Source: Mobula hypostoma (lineage: Eukaryota). Taken from it: DNA of 64,000 nt. This document shows positions 39,253-52,825 of the stretch, one piece after another. The notes below the pieces were generated by a model. The model was not told the origin of the DNA, made no database searches, and was given only the letters and a program-made list of their open reading frames with translations. The stretch's first letter is position 1. The number at the start of each line of letters is the position of its first letter. The translations under genes were made by a program, and so were the position numbers. The stretch is from the NCBI RefSeq assembly GCF_963921235.1, contig NC_086097.1:188482001-188546000 (forward strand). Reading direction: 5' to 3'.

Positions 39253-39555
39253 TTTTTCCAAACCTTATATTCTGTAGTACAACCAAATCCTGTTTGGTCC
39301 ACCCTCACTTAAATGATTCTCCTGTTCAACAGCTTATATTTTGGAGTTGCAACTACTTTTATATCATTTCCATCTCTAATCTTCTTGGTCTTACAATCAC
39401 TTTCTACTCAACTTCCTTACAAGAACCAACAGAATACACCATTTGATCCCTTGAATATGCTCCGCCATTCAATTAAATTAATGTTTCTTTCCCACTTTCT
39501 GACTGCACTGCTCTGCTTCCTAGTCAATTAAATGCGAGTCTCTGTCTTGAATGTA

Positions 39556-41510
39556 CAAGTGGCATGCAAAAGTTTGGGCACCCCTGGTCAAAATTTCTGT
39601 TACCGTGAATAGCTAAGCAAGAAAAAGATGACCTGATTTCCAAAAGGCATAAAGTCAAAAATAACACATTTCTTTAATATTTTAAGCAAGATTACTTTTT
39701 TATTTCCATCTTTTACAGTTTCAAAATAACAAAAAAGGAAAAGGGCCCGAAGCAAAAGTTTGGGCATCCTGCATGGTCAGTATTTAGTAGGGTTGCCAAC
39801 TTTCTCACTCCCAAATAAGGGACAAAAGTAGCAGTCAAATATGGGACACGTGTGTTTACCCCGAGAAAGACTACTATGAAGCCTTGCGCGGGCATGCGTG
39901 ACATGCACATACATGACGTGCACATGCATGTACGTGCCTATGTCTTTTTCTACAAATCGGTTTTGGTGATTCTGTTCAGTGAAACTACACTGTACATACA
40001 TTATTTCTACTTCATATAGACTGTGTATTTATCATATCATTCCTGCTTTTACTATATGTTCGTGTTACTTTAGGTTTTATGTGTTATTTGGTATGATTTG
40101 GTAGGTTATTTTTTGGGTCTGGGAATGCTCAAAAATTTTTCCCATATAAATTAATGGTAATTGCTCCTTCGCTTTACGCCATTTCGGCACCAAAAGTTTC
40201 ATAGGAACGCTCTATCTTAGCGGGAGAAAATACGGGACAAGAGCGGTCCCATATGGGACAAACCAATTTAGCCCAATATACGGGTTGTCCCGGCTAATAC
40301 GGGACAGTTGGCAACCCTAGTACTTGGTAAAACCCCCTTTGGCAAGTATCACAGCTTGTAAATGCTTTTTGTAGCCAGCTACAAAATTCCTGTTTGGAGG
40401 ATTTTCTCCCATTCTTCCTTGCAAAAGGCTTCTAGTTCTGTGAGATTCTTGGGCCGTCTTGCATGCACTGCTCTTTTGAGGTCTACCCACAGATTTTAGA
40501 TGATGTTTAGGTCAGGGGACTGTGAGGGCCATGGCAAAACTTTCAGCTTGCGCCTCTTGAGGTAGTCCATTGTGGATTTTGAGGTGTGTTTAGGATCATT
40601 ATCCTGTTGTAGAAGCTATCAGTTTGGAGAGGGGTTCTTTTCATGAAATTCTGCACCCTTTTTTCCTCCAAACATACCTTTGCTCATTGCGGACAAAAAG
40701 CTCTATTTTAACTTCATCAGTCCACAGGACTTGTTTCCAAAATGCATCAGGCCTGTTTAGATGTTCCTTTGAACCTTTTGAATAGAACTTTTTGGCCACA
40801 ATGCGCAAAGGTATGTTTGGAGAAAAAAGGGTGCAGAATTTCATGAAAAGAACCCCTCTCCAACTGTTAAGCACGGGTGGATCGATTATGCTTTGGGCTT
40901 GTGTTGCAGCCAGTGGCACGGGGAACATTTACTGGTAGAGGGAAGAATGAATTCAATTAAATACCAGCAAATTCTGGAAGCAAACATCACATCGTCTGTA
41001 AAAAAGCTGAAGATAAAAAGAGAATGGTTTCAACAACAGGATAATGATCCTAAAAACACCTCAAAATCCACAATGGACTACCTCAAGAGGCGCAAGCATC
41101 ATCAAGAATCTGTGGATAGACCTCAAAAGAGCAGTGCATGCAAGATGGCCCAAGAATCTCTCAGAACTAGAAGCCTTTTGCAAGGAAGAATGGGCAAAAA
41201 TCCCCCAAACAAGAATTGAAAGACTCTTAGCTGGCTACAAAAAGCATTTACAAGCTGTGATACTTGCCAAAGGGGATGTTACTAAGTACTGCCATGCAGG
41301 GTACCTAAATTTTTGCTTCAGGCCCTTTTCCTTTTTTGTTATTTTCAAACTGTAAAAGATGGAAATAAAAAAGTTTTCTTGCTTAAAATATTAAAGATAT
41401 GTGTCATCTTTAACTTTATGCCTTTTGGAAATAAGTTCATCTTTTACTTGCTTAGCTATTGACAGTAACAGAAATTTTGACCGGGGTGCCCAAACTTTTG
41501 CATGCCACTG
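39556..41510. mobile_element. Tc1-family transposon derivative built from two inverted 3' halves
   Basis: TA TSD (39554-55, 41511-12); termini CA(A)GTGGCATGCAAAAGTTTGGGCACCCC / GGGGTGCCCAAACTTTTGCATGCCACTG; transposase remnants WKQVLWTDEVKIELF, QQDNDPK, NLW..LK, CKEEWAKIP on both strands. Confidence 0.9.
39788..40319. mobile_element. Non-autonomous hAT element nested in the Tc1 left arm, carrying a Tigger 3'-end fragment
   Basis: TIRs TAGGGTTGCCAACT / AGTTGGCAACCCTA; 8-bp TSD GTATTTAG (39780-87) vs GTACTTGG (40320-27); subterminal (c/t)gggaca repeats. Confidence 0.85.
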
Positions 41511-41989
41511 TATTCAATGATTCCATCTTCACAGTTCTCTGTGGTGGAGAATTCATGACCCCTGACCCCCCCAACCATCACCAAAAGCAGAAATTCTTTC
41601 TCATCTTTGCCTGAAATCGGAGACTCCTTATCCTGAAATTTTGTTCCCCATTTCTTTTTCACTCCTTCTTTATAGAAAATATGTTTACAGCCTTCAGTTT
41701 GCCAGTCCCCCTCAGGATCTTACACATTCCAATAAAAATCACATCTTGTTTTTTTATTTACTCCAATGGGCACAAGCCTAGCATACATCAACCACTTCAT
41801 TGCAGAAATCAACTCAGTGACCCTTCTCAGCACTATGCAAGCATATCCTTTCCTAAACATGACCAAAGTTGTACACAGTGCTCTTGGTCATAGTTTTATA
41901 GTCCAGAAAAAAGCCTTTGGGATTCACAGGTTCACTCACATTTAACCTCGTTTTATTTGCCCGTGCTTCGCCCACATTCCTCTAAACCT

Positions 41990-42392
41990 AGAAAAGCAGC
42001 ATCCATCAAAGATTCTCACCACCCAGGGCATTCTTTTTCCTTGCTGCTGCCATCAGGTAGAAGGTAGAGGTGCCTCAACACTCACACAACCAGGTTCAAG
42101 AACAGTTACTACCCCTCAGCCATCAGGCTCTTGAACAATAAGAGGTTAACTACACTCATCCTACTTCTGGTGTTCCCATAACCATTGGTCTTACTTTAAA
42201 AATGCTTTATTTTCTTATTTCATGCTCATTATTTATTGCTATTTATTTATATTTGCATTTGCACATTTTGTTATTTATTGATCCTGTTTACTGTTACTGT
42301 TCTATAGATTTGCTAAGTATGCCTGCAGAAAAAGAATCTCAGGGTTGTAGATGCTGGCACGTATGTACTCCAACAATAGACTGAACTTTGAC
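41990..42392 (+). mobile_element. Rex/L2-type retroposon 3' tail
   Basis: ccatcaggtagaaggtagaggtgcctc...caggttcaagaacagttactacccctcagccatcaggctcttgaac resembles tails at 36360-36480 and 37320-37460. Confidence 0.6.
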
Positions 42393-42739
42393 CCTTTCCA
42401 ATCCATGTCCCTTTTACGGTAGCTCATACCTCTGGATGAAAAAAGTTAGACCCTCAAGATCCTATTAAATTTCACCCCCCCCCCACTTCACCTAAACCTC
42501 TGGCCTCTGTTCTTGGTGCTTCAATTCTAGGAAAAGCCTGCAGGTTCATTTACTTCATTCACTCCTTTGATTGAGAAAAGTCCCAATCTGTTCAACCTCT
42601 CTCCATCACTCAGTCCCTCAAGCCCCAGCTCATCCTCACAAATCTCCTCTGCACAGTGCATACCTTTTGAACATCTTCTCATCCCCTTTTTCCTCTTCTT
42701 GATCATTGAAGATGACTTGCTCCTATTTCCCAGCTATTT

Positions 42740-42935
42740 ACTTCATCCCTCCCCCTCCTGGTTTCAACCATCACCTTGTGTTTCTCTCTCCGTCCCCCCA
42801 CCTTTCAAATCTACTCATCTTTTTTTTTCTCCAGTCCTGCCGAAGGGTCTCGGCCTGAAACATCAGCTGTACTCTTTTTCCATAGATGCTGCCTGGCCTG
42901 CTGAGATCCTCCAGCATTGTGTGTGTGTTGCTCCA
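42740..42935 (+). mobile_element. Penelope-type tail fragment with decayed hammerhead motif
   Basis: ccagtcctgccgaagggtctcggcctgaaacatcagctgt...agatgctgcctggcctgctgagatcctccagcattgtgtgtgtgttgct. Confidence 0.75.
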
Positions 42936-44384
42936 ATTCCAGTTTTATTGGCTCCAATCTGACCAGTGAGGTAATTCTGGGAAAGCACAATCTTTCAGAG
43001 GGGCAAGGAAAACCTGACTGAGTGTTTATCTGGGTAACTGGTGGTCCGCTCTTCTGCTGTTTAGCAGGGCTAATGCACACTCTCAGTGCATGGATGAAGC
43101 ATTAAATACCACCGAAATGCTCCTTCTCCACTTCAGCAGTGAAGGCCCCACTCGATTCTACTCTATCAAAAACCCTTTTTTATTTAAAGATACAACACAG
43201 TACAGACTCTTCCAATCCGATGAACCCTCTCCACTCAAATATACCCAAATGACTAATTAACTGCTAACCCGTATGTCTTCAGGATGTGGAAGAAAATCCA
43301 AGCATCTGGAGGAAACCCATGTGGTCACCGGAGAAGGTACAAACTCCCAACACACAGCAGCAGGAACTAAACCAGGTTACCAGCGCTATAAAGCCTTATG
43401 CTACCTTGCCGACCCCCAAGACCTTATCAACCTTTCCAATTTTATTTTCTATATTGAAAGGCATGGCTAAATACAGCACATTGCTGAATTCAATTTGTGT
43501 ATTAAATGAAAATTAAATTTAACAGAACATTCTTCCTTTGTGTAATTTAATTTAAATTTGAATTAGGAGTTCCAAGTGGAACTCTACAGTAACTGGGTTG
43601 GACACAAACCTGGAGTGGGATTGGAAGGGAGAGATCCAATTCTCATGGTACATGTAGACACCAACAGCACTGTTAAGACTAGGAAGGAAATTTTGCCAAG
43701 CAATTAGCAAGCCAAAATTGAAAAGCAAGGGTTCAGATTCTTTCCACATCCTTGCTTTTCAACTTTGGCAAATTGGTCAAGGATAAAGGCACTGCTCAAA
43801 GAGAGATGTGGTAGAAATGGGCTCTAATTCTTGGGAAACTGGCAAAAGTACTGGGAAAGGAGAGAATTGTTCTGATGAGCTGGACTTCACCCGAATTGTG
43901 CTGAAACCAGTGTCCTGGTGAACAGCATACACAGTGTTGAGGGCAGGGGTTAAAGTACATAAGAGGATGAAGGGCTCCAAGAAAAAAAAGTCCAATAAAT
44001 CAAGGTGAAATGACTGATTTTCTCCATTCAAAGGCACAGCATGGCGAGGGGAAAATTGAGGAGAAAGTGCATCAGTGGAGCAGAAAATGTACACAAATGT
44101 CAAACTGAGCAAATAAAGAGTCTTCAATAACCTCATCTTCATGTAGGTAGCATTTACAAATGTACAGCTTCTGATAAGTCAATTTTATAATGATCTGGAT
44201 GATAACATGGTTAACTGTATCAGCATGCTTGCAGATGACACCAAGATTGAGGCTGCAGTGGACAGTGAGGAAGGTCATCATGGCTCACAGGTGAATCTGC
44301 ATCAGCTGGAAAAGTGGGCTGAAAAATGGCAGATGGAATTTAAATTCATACACCCTGTACAGATTACAGAGGAGGCGGTGTCTG

Positions 44385-45860
44385 CAAGTCAGGGTGGATA
44401 AATTCCCAGGACCTGGCAAGGTGTTCCCTCAGACCCTTCAGGAGGCAAGTGCAGAAACTGCTGGGGCCCTAGCAGATAGATAAATCATCCTTAGCAACAA
44501 GGGAGGCACCAGAAGATTGGAGGAGAGTCTGTGTTGTTCCACTGTTTAAAAACCACTCTAAACATAAACAAGGAAATTACAGGTCAGTGAGTCTGCCATC
44601 AGTTGTTGGAAAGTTATTGTAAGGTATTCTAAGGGACTGGATACAGAAGTATTTCGATAGTCATGGGCAGATTAAGGATAGTCAGCATGGCTTTGTGCAT
44701 GGTAGATCATGTCTAACCAATCTTACAGAGTTTTGAGGAAGTTACTAGAGAAGTCCACATGGGAGGCTGTTCAAGAAGGTTCAGTTGTTCAGCATTCAGG
44801 ATGAGGTAGCAAATTGGATTAGACCTTGGCTTGAAGCCAGAGAGTGCTCATAGAGTGAGATCACTGACTGGGGGCCTGTGACAAGTGGAGTGCCACAGGG
44901 ATCAGTGCTGGGTCCTTTGTTGTCTGTCACCTCTATCAATGATCTGGATGATAATGTGGTTAACTGGATCAGTAAATTTGCAGATGACACCAAGACGGGG
45001 GTGGCGGGGGGGTGGGGGTGCAGTGGACAGGGAGGAAGGCTATTATGGCTTGCAGAGGGATCTGCATCAGCTGGAAAAATAGCAGATGGAATTTAATGCA
45101 AGCAAGTGCAAGGTTTTGCACTTTGAAGGACCCACCAGGGTATATCTTACACAGTGAACAGTAAGGCACTGAGGAGTGTAGTGGAATAAAGGATATCAGG
45201 GAATACAGGTCCATGATTCATTGAAAGTGGCATCACAGGTACATAGGATCATAAACAAAGCTTCTGGCATGTTGGCCTTCATAAATCAATGTATTGAGTA
45301 CAGGAGACAAGGTGTTAAGTTGCAGTTGTACAAGATGTTGGTGTGCAGTTTTGATCATCTGTCTACAGGAAAGATGTAAGCAAGCTTGAAAGAGCACCGA
45401 GAAAATTTACAAGGATGTTGCAGGCTCTGGAAGACCTGAGTTATAATGAAAGATCAAATAGGTTAGGACTGTATTTCTCAGAATGTAGAAGATTGACAGG
45501 AGATTTGATGGAGACATACAAAACTATGAGGGGTATCGATAGGGTTAATACAAGCAGGGTTTTTCCACCGAGGTTGTGTGGGACTACAACCAGAGATCGT
45601 GAGTTAATGGTGAAAAGTTTATGGGGAACATGAGAGGAAGCTTCTTCACTCTGGGCCATGAGCATGTGGAAGGAGCAGCCAGCCCAAATGGTCCATGAGA
45701 GCTCCATTTCAACATTTAGAAGTTTGGATAGGCACATGGATAGCAGGGGTGTGGAGGGCTATGGTCCAGGTGCAGTTCGATGGTAGTTGGCAGTTTAAGT
45801 GGTTTCAGTATGGACTAGATGGGCCGATGGGCCTATTTCTGCACTGTACTTCTCTAGGAG
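44385..45860 (+). mobile_element. Degenerate CR1 LINE (RT and 3' end), preceded by a separate ADDT-region CR1 fragment at ~44190-44343
   Basis: ORFs 44878..45096 (SGVPQGSVLGP, KFADDTK), 45415..45633, 44207..44401 (LADDTKI...WAEKWQMEF). Confidence 0.8.
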
Positions 45861-45899
45861 TCTATTGTCATAAGCATGCTCACAAAGGGTTCTAGTACC

Positions 45900-48330
45900 A
45901 TGAAAATTAACTTTTCCCAACTGCAGCACATGAGAGTGATCTCAATATCATTCTGGAGATGTATTTGCAGGATTACAAGAATGGGTGTTCAGTATCAGGT
46001 TATACTATGTTCCAAAACAACAGGCCAAAGGAAAAAAAAGAGTTGGGATAATATTGTTAATCAAGGAAGGTATTAGAGTGTTAAGATATAGAGGCAGCAG
46101 ATGGTAGAATGGTTTGGATTGAAATCATGAATAGCAGAGGATAGATAGCTCAGATGGGAGCAGTCCATAGGCCCCAAAATGTAACCCCTTGGGAGAAAAC
46201 CTAACCAGAGAAATATCCAAGACATATTTGAATGGAACTGCAATTGTCATGAGCAATTTTAATCCAAGTATTGATCGGACAAACCAAACTGACAAGGAAA
46301 TTGTAGAAACATCTGTGTAGTGCATTCAGGAATAGCTTCTCAGAGCAATATGCCACGGAACCCACCCAGGAACAGGCCATTTTAGATTCGGTCATGACTA
46401 CTGGGGAAGGATTATTGGGAGATCTTGTGGTTAAAGATCTGTTATGAAATAATAGCCATACTATGATAGAATTTCAAATGTAATTGTAGGAAGAATACTG
46501 CAGGACCAAAACCAGTCTACAATTTAAATAAGGCAATTATTTTGGTAGGAAGCTGAAGACTTCCAAGGTGAACTGGGAACATAAGCCTCAAGACAGTCAG
46601 TATATGAACAGTGGCAGACTGGCTAACAGCTGATCAATGCATTCAGCGGAATGCCATTTCATTTAGAAAGACGCACAATCTGTGGTTAATGAAGAGGGCC
46701 AAAGATCATTTTTAATTGAAAGGTAGTAGTCCAGAAGACTTGGAATTTTTTAGGATTCAGCAGCTAAAGACTAAGTACAAGTTGATTTTGAGGGAAATCT
46801 TGCATGTAACAGCAAAACAAAAGCCAAGAGTTACCATGGATATATAAATAGGCAGAAGGCAGCTAAGTTGGATGTGAACATCTAGAGAACAAGGCTGGTG
46901 AATTAATAACAAGAAACAAAGAATAAGCTAAATGAATTCTTTGCACCTGTATACACCATGGAGAACACTGCAAATACCCCTCAGTATTGGGCAAATTTCA
47001 AGTAAAAAGGCGGAGGGGGACTTACAAAAACCTTAACTACAAGGGATAAAGTATTAGAAAACCTCACGAGAACCCAAAGGCTTGCATCCAAGGATTTTAA
47101 AGAAAGTGGCTATAAGGATAGTGGACACATAGGTTGAAAATTTTCAAAGCTTTCTAAACTTCAGGAGAGTACCAGAAGGCTGAAAGACAGAAAATGTGGC
47201 GACTTCATGCAAAATGGAGCACAGAAGCTGAAAACTAAACACTGTAAGATTAACATCCATTGTTTGCAAGATGCTAGAGGAAATAATTATTCGTTTAGGA
47301 AAGCTAAATATAATCAAATCTAGTCACCAGAGTTTTATCAAAGGTAATTCATGCTTGACAAAGTAGTATGATATTTTAAGGACATGACAGGGAGAGTTGA
47401 GAAAAAAAACCTGTAGATACAATGTACAGTATTTAGATTTCCAAAAAGCATTTGACAAAGTACCACATAAGAAGCTAACGCACATATTTACAGCCAGCAG
47501 GAAGTATGCTTGCATGGATTGAAAACTGGCTTTTACATAGGAAACCAAGAATTAGAAATTTACAGGCTCGTGGGTGCAATTTCTGGAGTATCACACTTAG
47601 TTGTTTACTATTTTCACTATCACACAGACAGTGAGAATGAAGTACAAGACTTCAAAGTTTGTCAATGATATGAAGATAGTCAGAAGACAGGTCAAAATGA
47701 TGACACTTTAATTCCTCAACAGTAGAGACTGAGTGACCGTGTGATAACTGAGCAAACGGAGCTTAATATTGGGAACTTCAAGGTCAGGCACTGCAGCAAG
47801 AGATTAGTACCCAGGTGGAGTGAGACAGCAAATCTAGGTGTTCTACTGCATGAATCACAAAAAGTTAACATTTAATATTTAAGAATGGCAACTGCATGTT
47901 GGCGTTTATTATGAAGAGAAATTGAGTTTAACAGCAGAGGCTGTGGGTAAGACCATACTTGGAATACTGTCTACAGTTTTGTCCAATTACATGAAGATGT
48001 ATAGTAACATTGAAAGCAGTCCAAATTCGATTCACTAGTCAATTCCTCAGGTGAGAGGTTGTCCCATCAAGAGAGGCATAGTGTTCTTGAAGTTCACAAG
48101 AATGGGGGTGGGGGGTAACCTTATTAACCATACAAGATTCTAAATGGGACTTGATACCCCAGACATTGAGATGTTTTCATTAAAAGTCACAAATAAGGGA
48201 GCGTAGCTATAAAATAAGGAGCCAGTTTTTTAAAAAGGTGCATAAAAATTTGTTCTTGTGAAGAGTTGTGAACCGCAGGCATTGCCTGCCTATAAGAATA
48301 GCAGAGGCCGGATCATTAGATACATATTTA
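45900..48330 (+). mobile_element. Old, heavily decayed CR1 LINE
   Basis: Residual motifs tatttagatttccaaaaagcatttgacaaagtaccacat (YLDFQKAFDKVPH, ~47430-47468) and EN remnants near 46250-46480. Confidence 0.65.
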
Positions 48331-49399
48331 GTATTTATGTTTCTCTACTTTAATTGTAAGTGGTAGGAAACTGTAACCAAGGAGGAGTTGAAACCAGCAT
48401 ACATCAGCCTTAAGCTCCAGCTTTTTCTGCGCTCTGAGTCCCCATGCACAAAGCAGTACATTATGAAAGGTTAACTCCTCCACACTGTTAAAAGGGTTGT
48501 TGTAATGGGTCAAGGAGAAACCGTTTGTTGATACAGCTGAAAAGTAATGGTGAATTAAAGGAAAAAGTATAACAAAAACTAAAATCAAAAGTAGATGATA
48601 CACTACACCCACAAGACCACCAACACACAAAATAGTATTAATCTGTCTTATATTAATGAATTTCAAATAGGCCTTTAAGAATATTGTTCAATAGGTAGAA
48701 ATAAGACCATGCGCTGGCCAGTCGGCCCTTAAAGCTTACTTTACTCATCAATATGACCATGTCTGCCCATGTGTCAGCCACATTCCTGCTCTCTCCCCAT
48801 ACTACAGGAATTTACTGTTTGATGCCTTTTGCACTTGAAGTTTATTTACCTTTTTTTTAAAAGATTCAGCAACGAGGCTTCTACAGCCTTCCATGGTAAC
48901 AAATTCCTGGTTAACCAGTCTCTGAATGAAAAAAAAATTCTCATCTTAATCCTAATAATCGTTTGCCCAATAACCCAAGATTGTGATTCCTCAACCTATA
49001 CACCCCATTCAGAAAGTAAAATATGTTTTGTGTATCTTGTTTGGCTAGCCCTGCCCAAGATGTTTACGTTTCACTTGAGCCCCTCTCGTTTTTTCCAAGT
49101 TGTAGCGAGCACAAATTAATCCTTGTCATCCCAGGAATCAGTCTGGTGAACCTTCAACTTCACTTCCACCACGTTTCTTCCTGGGGCACTAAAACTGTAT
49201 GTCATACTCGAAATGTGTTGCCACCTGGGACTTACATAACTATAACAAGGATGAGCTATTCAAAACATAAAAGTTTACTGGAAAACACGCCCAGTTTAAA
49301 TCTGAAAGGGTTAAAATTACTGTGTGCAGCAGAGATCCAATAAAATCAAAGATCCTCGAAGACACAGATTTGAAAGTACCCTGGCAACACACACAAATG

Positions 49400-50110
49400 A
49401 ACGCGCCTAAAAGTCTGGGTCTTGTTCCGTCGACGTCGTAGAAAATAACCCACATCATATGGAGACACTCGGAACGCATTTGAAACATGGATGTAAAACG
49501 TTCAAGATTGAACCACGCCCCTTTTTACTGACTTTGCCACCTTCCTTCTAAACGAAAGTGAAACAAGACTGGCAAAAATAAACTTATTAAATACAATTCC
49601 ATACTAAAATGAAGTAAATGCAAAATATACAACCTCCGCGATCTGCAAATACACGATAGATCCAACAACTCGCGAACAGACCGCTCCACGGCTGACAGCA
49701 CATTCAATGTGACGGCGCATGCGAATTCAATTGGAGAAATTGACGAGCAGCCCACACACTGGGCGGGGTCAATTTCTCCATGAGGTTCATTCGTGTATGG
49801 GGACTTCTAACTAGAACAATAACACGCTTTATTAAAGCAAAAACAATGAGTGCCGAATATGAAAGTTAAAAAATGCCAATAGAAATACGCAACAGCGGGA
49901 ATTATCAAATGTTAACAATCTTACGGAAGAGCGCGATCCAAAGGCAATTTAGAGGCCGAATGCTGCATTCTCATAATACTCCTAAACCACTGGTGGATGC
50001 GCACATTAAGATAGTAACCAGTCTCCACTGCACAACAGTACCATGACTGCCAAGCTATCTACACACCCACCGCATTAAACACCTCATCCTTTACTAGCGG
50101 CAGCGTCCCG
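49400..50110 (-). promoter_or_regulatory. Candidate CpG-enriched promoter / first non-coding exon of copine copy A
   Basis: Locally CpG-rich, non-repeat DNA between the 3' end of copy B and the first coding exon of copy A. NRF1-like GCGCATGCG 49715-49723, CCAAT box on minus (ATTGG 49730-49734), GC box GGGCGGGG 49761-49768, half-CRE TGACG at 49710 and 49741. TSS and first donor not resolved. Confidence 0.6.
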
Positions 50111-50889
50111 AATAAATCTTATCAACTATCTTGTCGCAGGTTTAGAGTGGAAGCAAGTCATCTTCAATGAAGAGGCATTGCAGAGGCAAGGACGGCGGAT
50201 TTCTTTCCCTAATCCAGTGAAAGTGTTGGTTTTTAATACAATTATCTTTTGACATTACTGCAAGTAAAATTTTTCTGCTTAGGTTCATTACTAAATAATG
50301 AGGAATTTAAAATTGCAAGCTACATGGTGGGATTAAATTCGCGTCTTGGGTTTGTTAGTCAAGAATAGTAACTTAACCACTGCACCAGCACTATCACATC
50401 CAATTTTTGTGATATATATTTAAACTCGACCGCGTTTAGTTTTTTTTTAAATGCCTTGCACACTGTCAATTGACAGAACCATGATTTCCTTAACTCTTTG
50501 AATACCACAACGCCCAATTATCTCATATACAACTTAAGAATGTGTAAGTGAAAATAAATTATTTCTGTTACAAAAGGATTTTAATATATAAATTATACAA
50601 ATTAATCAATTAGTAGGTTGCAAAGTATATATTTTTGAAACACTGGCTTTTCAACACTAAATGATTTTAATTATATCTGCTCAGAAACTGTACTCAGTTT
50701 GTCTTTATTCTGCTTTTTAATATGGAGAAATGTGCAGATGGAATTGGAAGAGAAATGCTGACTTCTCTGGAATCTCTGTTTACATTTTTTTCCCTACAAA
50801 ATAATTTTCAGAATGCGGGCCTACTGACAAGGCCAACATTTATCGCTGCTCCTGGAACAATGCTGTTTACTAACCCATTTCATTTCAAA

Positions 50890-51630
50890 CATAGACCAGT
50901 GCCTCACAGAAATGGACCTTTCAGCTTAAAATGTGCTGAAGTAATTAAACTAGTAACCAAATACACAACTAAACTAGTCTCTTCTGCCTACACAATATCT
51001 ACATACTTCCTTTTCCGGCACAATTGTGGATTCATCTTCGAGCCTCTTGAATACCTCTATCAAATTTGCCTTTGCATCTTAGGCAGCACATTCCAATCTC
51101 CCACCAATCTCTATGTAAAATAACTTGCCACACACATCTTTAAAATTAACCCCCCTCATCTTAAATGCATACCACTTGTATTAGATATTCAACCCTGGGA
51201 AAATATTGGCCATCTTCTCTATATATGCCTCTCACAACCCTGTAAATCTCTATCATAGATCCCTTCAGCCTCCAGCACTCCAGAGAAAACAACTCAAGTT
51301 TGTCTTACCTCTCCTTATAGTTTGTTATTGTTAAGTCGAGTCTGACTCATGACCCCTGACCCCATGGACCACAGGGTCTATAAGTTTTTCATGGCAAGAT
51401 ACAGAAGTAGATTGCCAGGCCTTTCTTCCACGCAGATACTGCTGCTGCCCAGGTTGGGACCCGGCTGGGTTTGAACTCACGACCATCTGCCTTGAAGTCC
51501 AGTGCTGATCCATGCAGCGTCCTGGTATAAAACTCACCTGCACCTTCTCCAAAGCCTCAGCAACTTCCTCTAATAGGGCAAGCAGAACCGAACATAATAC
51601 TCTAGGTGCAGCCTAAATAGAGTTTTCATT
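50890..51630 (-). mobile_element. CR1 3' fragment with a nested tRNA-derived SINE (~51322-51518)
   Basis: CR1 3' sequence (cccttcagcctccagcactccagagaaaacaactcaag) interrupted by an element with a tRNA-like head on minus (gagttcaaacccagcc) and an RTE-like tail (gagtcagactcgacttaac). Confidence 0.6.
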
Positions 51631-51912
51631 TGTATCTAAACAATAAATCGCAGTAGATTTGGAGTCATATCCAATCATACCTGGCAGGGACTAGAGATCT
51701 TAACATTGTTTTGTGATAGATTTTGCAATCATGCTTACTAAGCTAATTGATCTGATTCTTTCCACCAAATTCTAGGTTAGTGGCTAAATTTAAATTACAC
51801 AGATGCCATTGCTGAATTTGAATTAAGACTCTGGGTTGTTTGTTCAAGCTTCTAATTACTATGACAGGACATTTTATAATTACATGTTTAGAAAAGTACA
51901 CAATTAATCCTT

Positions 51913-52350
51913 TTACAAGGATGTTGCCTGGATTGGGGAGCGTGCCGTACTGGGCCTTTTCTCCTTGGAGCGACAGAGGATGAGAGGTGACCTGATAGAG
52001 GTGTACAAGATGAGAGGCATTGATCATGTGGATAGTCAGAGGATTTTTCCCCCAGGACTGAAATGGCTAGCACGAGAGGGTACAGTGTTAAGGTGCTTGG
52101 AAGTAGGTACAGAGGTGATGTCAGGGGTTGTTTTTTGTTAAAAAAAATACGCAGAGAGTGGTGAGTGCGTGGAATGGGCTGCTGGTGACTGTGGTGGATG
52201 CGATAGGGTCTTTTAAGAGGCACCTAGATAAGTACACGGAGCTTAGAAAAATAGAGGGCTATGCGTAACCCTAGGTAGTTTCTAAAGTAAGTACATGTTC
52301 GGCACAGCATTGTGGGCCAAAGGGCCTGTATTGTGCGGTAGGGTTTCTAA
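51913..52350 (+). mobile_element. CR1 3' fragment
   Basis: Closely similar to 57060-57512. Confidence 0.85.
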
Positions 52351-52825
52351 TCACATACTGATCATTAGCAGAGTTTTTGAGTGGCCCATATTACTCAATG
52401 CCAATAGGTCAAAAATCAACTAACGTAGAGAAAGCAAAAACAGCTTTTCAAGTCACTCTACCTTTGACCTTTCACCATTCACTTTTGAAATAAAATACTG
52501 AGGAATGTTTGGTGTAATTGCAGCCTATTATTCATTTTTGTTTTCTGATTGCTGAAACAGCAATCCGCATCATTAAAATACCTTCATGAACAGCATTAAA
52601 GCTGCAATTTTGCCAAATTCTGTTGTTTTTTATTGAATTTAAGATTTGGCCAGAGACATCAATTACCATACTTGAAAACGGATATCACTAAAGCAAATCA
52701 GGTGCTTGAATTTATCTCCCCCTCCCCCAGCCAATATTAATTCTGTATGGTGAACAAAAATATATACACAAGATCACCTCTAAAATAAACATGACAATGT
52801 AAAAGGCAAGCCTTTTAAGCTTTTT

